Positions 63,957 through 64,000 of a DNA stretch of 64,000 bases are shown here, piece after piece; position 1 is the stretch's first letter; every line of letters starts with the position of its first letter. The translations under genes and the position numbers were made by a program. A model generated the notes under the pieces. The model worked only from the letters and a program-made list of their open reading frames with translations. It ran no database searches and had not been told where the DNA came from. Origin of the DNA: Acidimicrobiaceae bacterium (lineage in GTDB: Bacteria; Actinomycetota; Acidimicrobiia; Acidimicrobiales; RAAP-2); assembly GCA_003161575.1 (NCBI GenBank), contig PMOE01000093.1:45606-109605 (forward strand). Reading direction: 5' to 3'.

Positions 63957-64000
63957 ATGGGTGAGCAGAAGCTCTTTTTTGAAGACGTGAAGGAAGGCGA
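63957..64000 (+). CDS. 5' end of a CDS truncated by the window end (possibly a second hotdog/MaoC subunit)
   Basis: AAAAGGGGG lies 7 nt before ATG 63957. The product begins MGEQKLFFEDVKEG..., and only 14 codons are visible. Confidence 0.35.
   Translation, partial: MGEQKLFFEDVKEG

Overview
This is a GC-rich chromosomal segment (roughly two-thirds G+C by eye). It carries actinobacterial hallmarks: luciferase-like F420-type oxidoreductases, trHbO, Ku, a CtaC without a cytochrome c domain, and mec-cysO-cysM followed by an MBL-fold gene, rph and rdgB, in the order I recall for M. tuberculosis Rv1334-Rv1341. The host is probably Actinomycetota, possibly an Acidimicrobiia-like lineage, but that is inference only. 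I support about 60 protein genes, one tRNA-Gly(TCC) and smpB-ssrA (tmRNA). Content by block: (1) 1-10.5 kb holds lipid-catabolic genes (acyl-CoA ligases, crotonases, SDR, LLM oxidoreductase) plus pyrE, whose stop overlaps the start of a nonapeptide-repeat protein, which in turn overlaps the start of an RDD membrane protein. (2) 12.5-15.2 kb holds a restriction-modification-like pair: a beta-class SPPY methyltransferase with an extra C-terminal domain, and an uncharacterised 368-aa partner. (3) 16.4-19.3 kb holds a P450-TetR operon with a readable promoter and palindromic operator. (4) 20.8-28 kb holds cell-envelope and stress genes: a glycosyltransferase, an epimerase, CsbD, Ku without a neighbouring LigD, and repeat-bearing membrane proteins. 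(5) 28.6-31.6 kb holds DUF899, a frameshifted SAM methyltransferase and a GNAT-AAA+ fusion. (6) 31.9-43.7 kb is a roughly 12-kb heme-copper oxidase and copper-handling island: two SCO-domain proteins, two CtaG-type factors, TlpA, a degenerate CuA-like cupredoxin, CtaC, a CtaD with an N-terminal extension, a CtaE-like protein and an unannotated 37-codon membrane ORF. (7) 44.3-46.6 kb encodes a secreted protein with two repeat types, plus a truncated paralog. (8) 50.1-51.7 kb is an HTH-plus-HNH endonuclease islet abutting the 3' end of tmRNA. (9) 52.7-56.7 kb is the cysteine and housekeeping block, preceded by a Shine-Dalgarno-driven 27-codon upstream ORF with tandem Cys codons that overlaps the mec start. 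(10) 58-64 kb holds more lipid and steroid-type catabolism genes (hotdog hydratase subunit, fused double acyl-CoA dehydrogenase). I found no CRISPR array, transposase or integrase. Many long ORFs in the track are antisense artefacts of high GC and were rejected. Everything here comes from reading the sequence and recalling protein families. No database search was run.
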